A stretch of 51,210 nucleotides of DNA, the filler included, from Trypethelium eluteriae (lineage: Eukaryota): assembly GCA_051942245.1 (NCBI GenBank). It is 2 parts of 2 records of this genome, joined end to end, with 100 filler letters (N's around TTAATTAATTAA, not from the genome) between each part and the next. Parts side by side here need not be neighbours in the genome. Positions count along the whole stretch, not along the records: positions 25,664 to 51,210 come from JAVECL010000369.1; 1 more part is not named here. One strand, written 5' to 3'. This document shows, piece by piece, positions 49,601-51,210 of this stretch; position 1 is the stretch's first letter; each line of letters opens with the position of its first letter. Both the position numbers and the translations under genes were made by a program. Below the pieces are notes generated by a model, which was given only the letters and a program-made list of their open reading frames with translations, was not told the origin of the DNA and made no database searches.

Positions 49601-51210
49601 GACTGAGAGGCTAGAGGTTGCGACGGAATCTCATCAGGCTGAAATCTCTTTCCTTCGTGAGGAGCAAGAAGGAGATAAAATTCGTATTGGAGAGCTAGAA
49701 GGTGCATTGAATGCCGCTGAACAGGCTGTGTCGGATGAGAAGGAGCGGCTTCGAGACACTGAAACACGGATGGAAGATGAAAAGAAGCAGCGCGAAGCAC
49801 TTGATAGCCAGGAGAAGAAAGAAGTCCAAAATGTCATGGATGAGCTGAACGGCCAAACAAGCAGGGCTAGAGAGGAGGTAAGGAAATTGAGAAAGAATCT
49901 CAGTGCGAAAGAAGTCGAGTCGACGAATTACAAACAACGTCTCGATGAGCTAGAGAACGGCTTGCGTAGTGCATTTGGCAGCCCAAGTGGCGCCGGATTG
50001 GGACTGCTCAAGGTAAGAATGTGATGAATCCTTGGAGCGTAAATGTGGCGACTAATGAGCGCATAGATTGTACACAAGGTTCAAAAGGAGCTTAGCGATA
50101 CCGTCGAGGCACTTGAGAGTCATCGAATTGACCTTGCCGACAAGGATCGTCTCCTCCGAAGTCGCGATTCCTTGTTGGAAAATGCTGGCCTCGAGTCCCG
50201 CAAATTGTCCGATCTTTTGGACGCTGAGCGCGCTGCCCGCCGAAGAGAACGTCTGATGTATGAGAATAGTGCCCGAGGTCATCAAGCCCATCGCACCACC
50301 CTAGCCGCGCATGAAGCCCGCGTCCTGGAGCTCGAAACGCAAAAGGGCGTCGATCGTAGAAAGATCGCGCATCTGGAAGAAAGGATGAGAGAACAATTAC
50401 TAGAACGCCACAATCTGCTCTTGGCGCTCTGGAACAGGCTTTCCACCCTCTGCGGCACCGACTGGACCAAAGATCATGCCCTGATCGACGGCGAAAACCC
50501 TAGCCTTGAAATCATTGGGAAGAATCTCCCCGGCTTCAGCAAGAATATCATCCTTGCCGTTAAAACCCTGGAGGGTCTCGTCGGTGCATTCCGGCAACGC
50601 GTCCGCCAAGTCGAAAAGGATCTCTGGCGCGACTTCCAGACCCTCGAGCACGCCCTCGACGTCAAAACCAAGCGCCTCGACACCATCGAAGCCAGCGTCA
50701 AGCATCTCGTCACGAATCCGACCGCCAACAACAACCCTAACACCAGCAGTGCCGGCGTCTCGCCCCTTCGCCCCACCGTCCCCAGCCGCAGCTCCTCCCG
50801 CAGCGGCAGCTTCATGGGCTCCTCCAGCCGACACACCGAGGAGATCGCCAAGCTGAAAGGCGAGATCAAGATCCTAAAAGCCGAGCTCCAATTCGCGCGG
50901 CAGACCTCGCCCATCATGCTCCCACCGCAATCGCAACCGCACCAACCGCAGCCGCACCAACCTCAGCCGCTCTCCCCCCCAAAGGTCCGCCCGCCTTCTA
51001 GCAGCAGCTCCACCACCACGGCCGGCCGCGACACCGCGCGCGCCAGCGTCGCGAACACCCTCCTGCGCCACCACTCCACCTCCGCGGTCGAGATGCTGCA
51101 GGCGCAGCAGCGCGAGCGCGAGCAGGGCCATTCGCATCGCAGTCACCACAATCAGCAGCAGCAGCAGTCGACGGGGTTCCCGCAGGTGGTGCCGTCGCCG
51201 GGGGCTGCGG
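46641..51210 (+). CDS. apsB: ApsB/Mto1-like MTOC (gamma-tubulin receptor) protein, 3' truncated
   Basis: Centrosomin CM1 motif TLKEQNSRIDKLSKENFDLKLKIHFL..AL..RSDEGIKEMIS, LRRDLGAQTSMLTSRNRERERL, long coiled coil; intron near 50013-50067; frame stays open toward the window end. Confidence 0.82.

Overview
Eukaryotic DNA from a filamentous ascomycete (Pezizomycotina, probably Eurotiomycetes; inferred from protein motifs and short GT-AG introns with CTRAC branch sites). The window is two separate contigs (1-25563 and 25664-51210) joined by an artificial 100-nt N44-TTAATTAATTAA-N44 spacer, so gene adjacency across it cannot be trusted. Contig 1 holds a signal-peptide agmatinase/ureohydrolase, a cytochrome b5-like heme/steroid-binding protein, a 67-aa Cys/His microprotein, NOP4, a DHA1 MFS transporter, MSH5, HSP78, EF-1beta with an intronic U18/snR18 C/D snoRNA, EMC5, a Nit-family amidase and a truncated TMF/Sgm1 golgin. 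Contig 2 holds the 3' part of LCB1, RPA34, GRC3, an intron-containing tRNA-Ser(UGA), a SprT/HMG (GCNA-like) protease, a C2H2 transcription factor, VTS1, a GH16 glucanase and a truncated ApsB/Mto1. It is mostly housekeeping DNA; I found no convincing new multi-gene system. The strongest unexplained signals are GC-rich islands with a C-rich to G-rich skew flip at all four contig ends, an over-represented intergenic TACGGAGTA motif, the microprotein, a 209-codon ORF overlapping the C2H2 stop codon (ATGA), a possible micro-exon in the Nit gene and frequent AAG splice acceptors. All gene identities come from motif recognition, not database searches.
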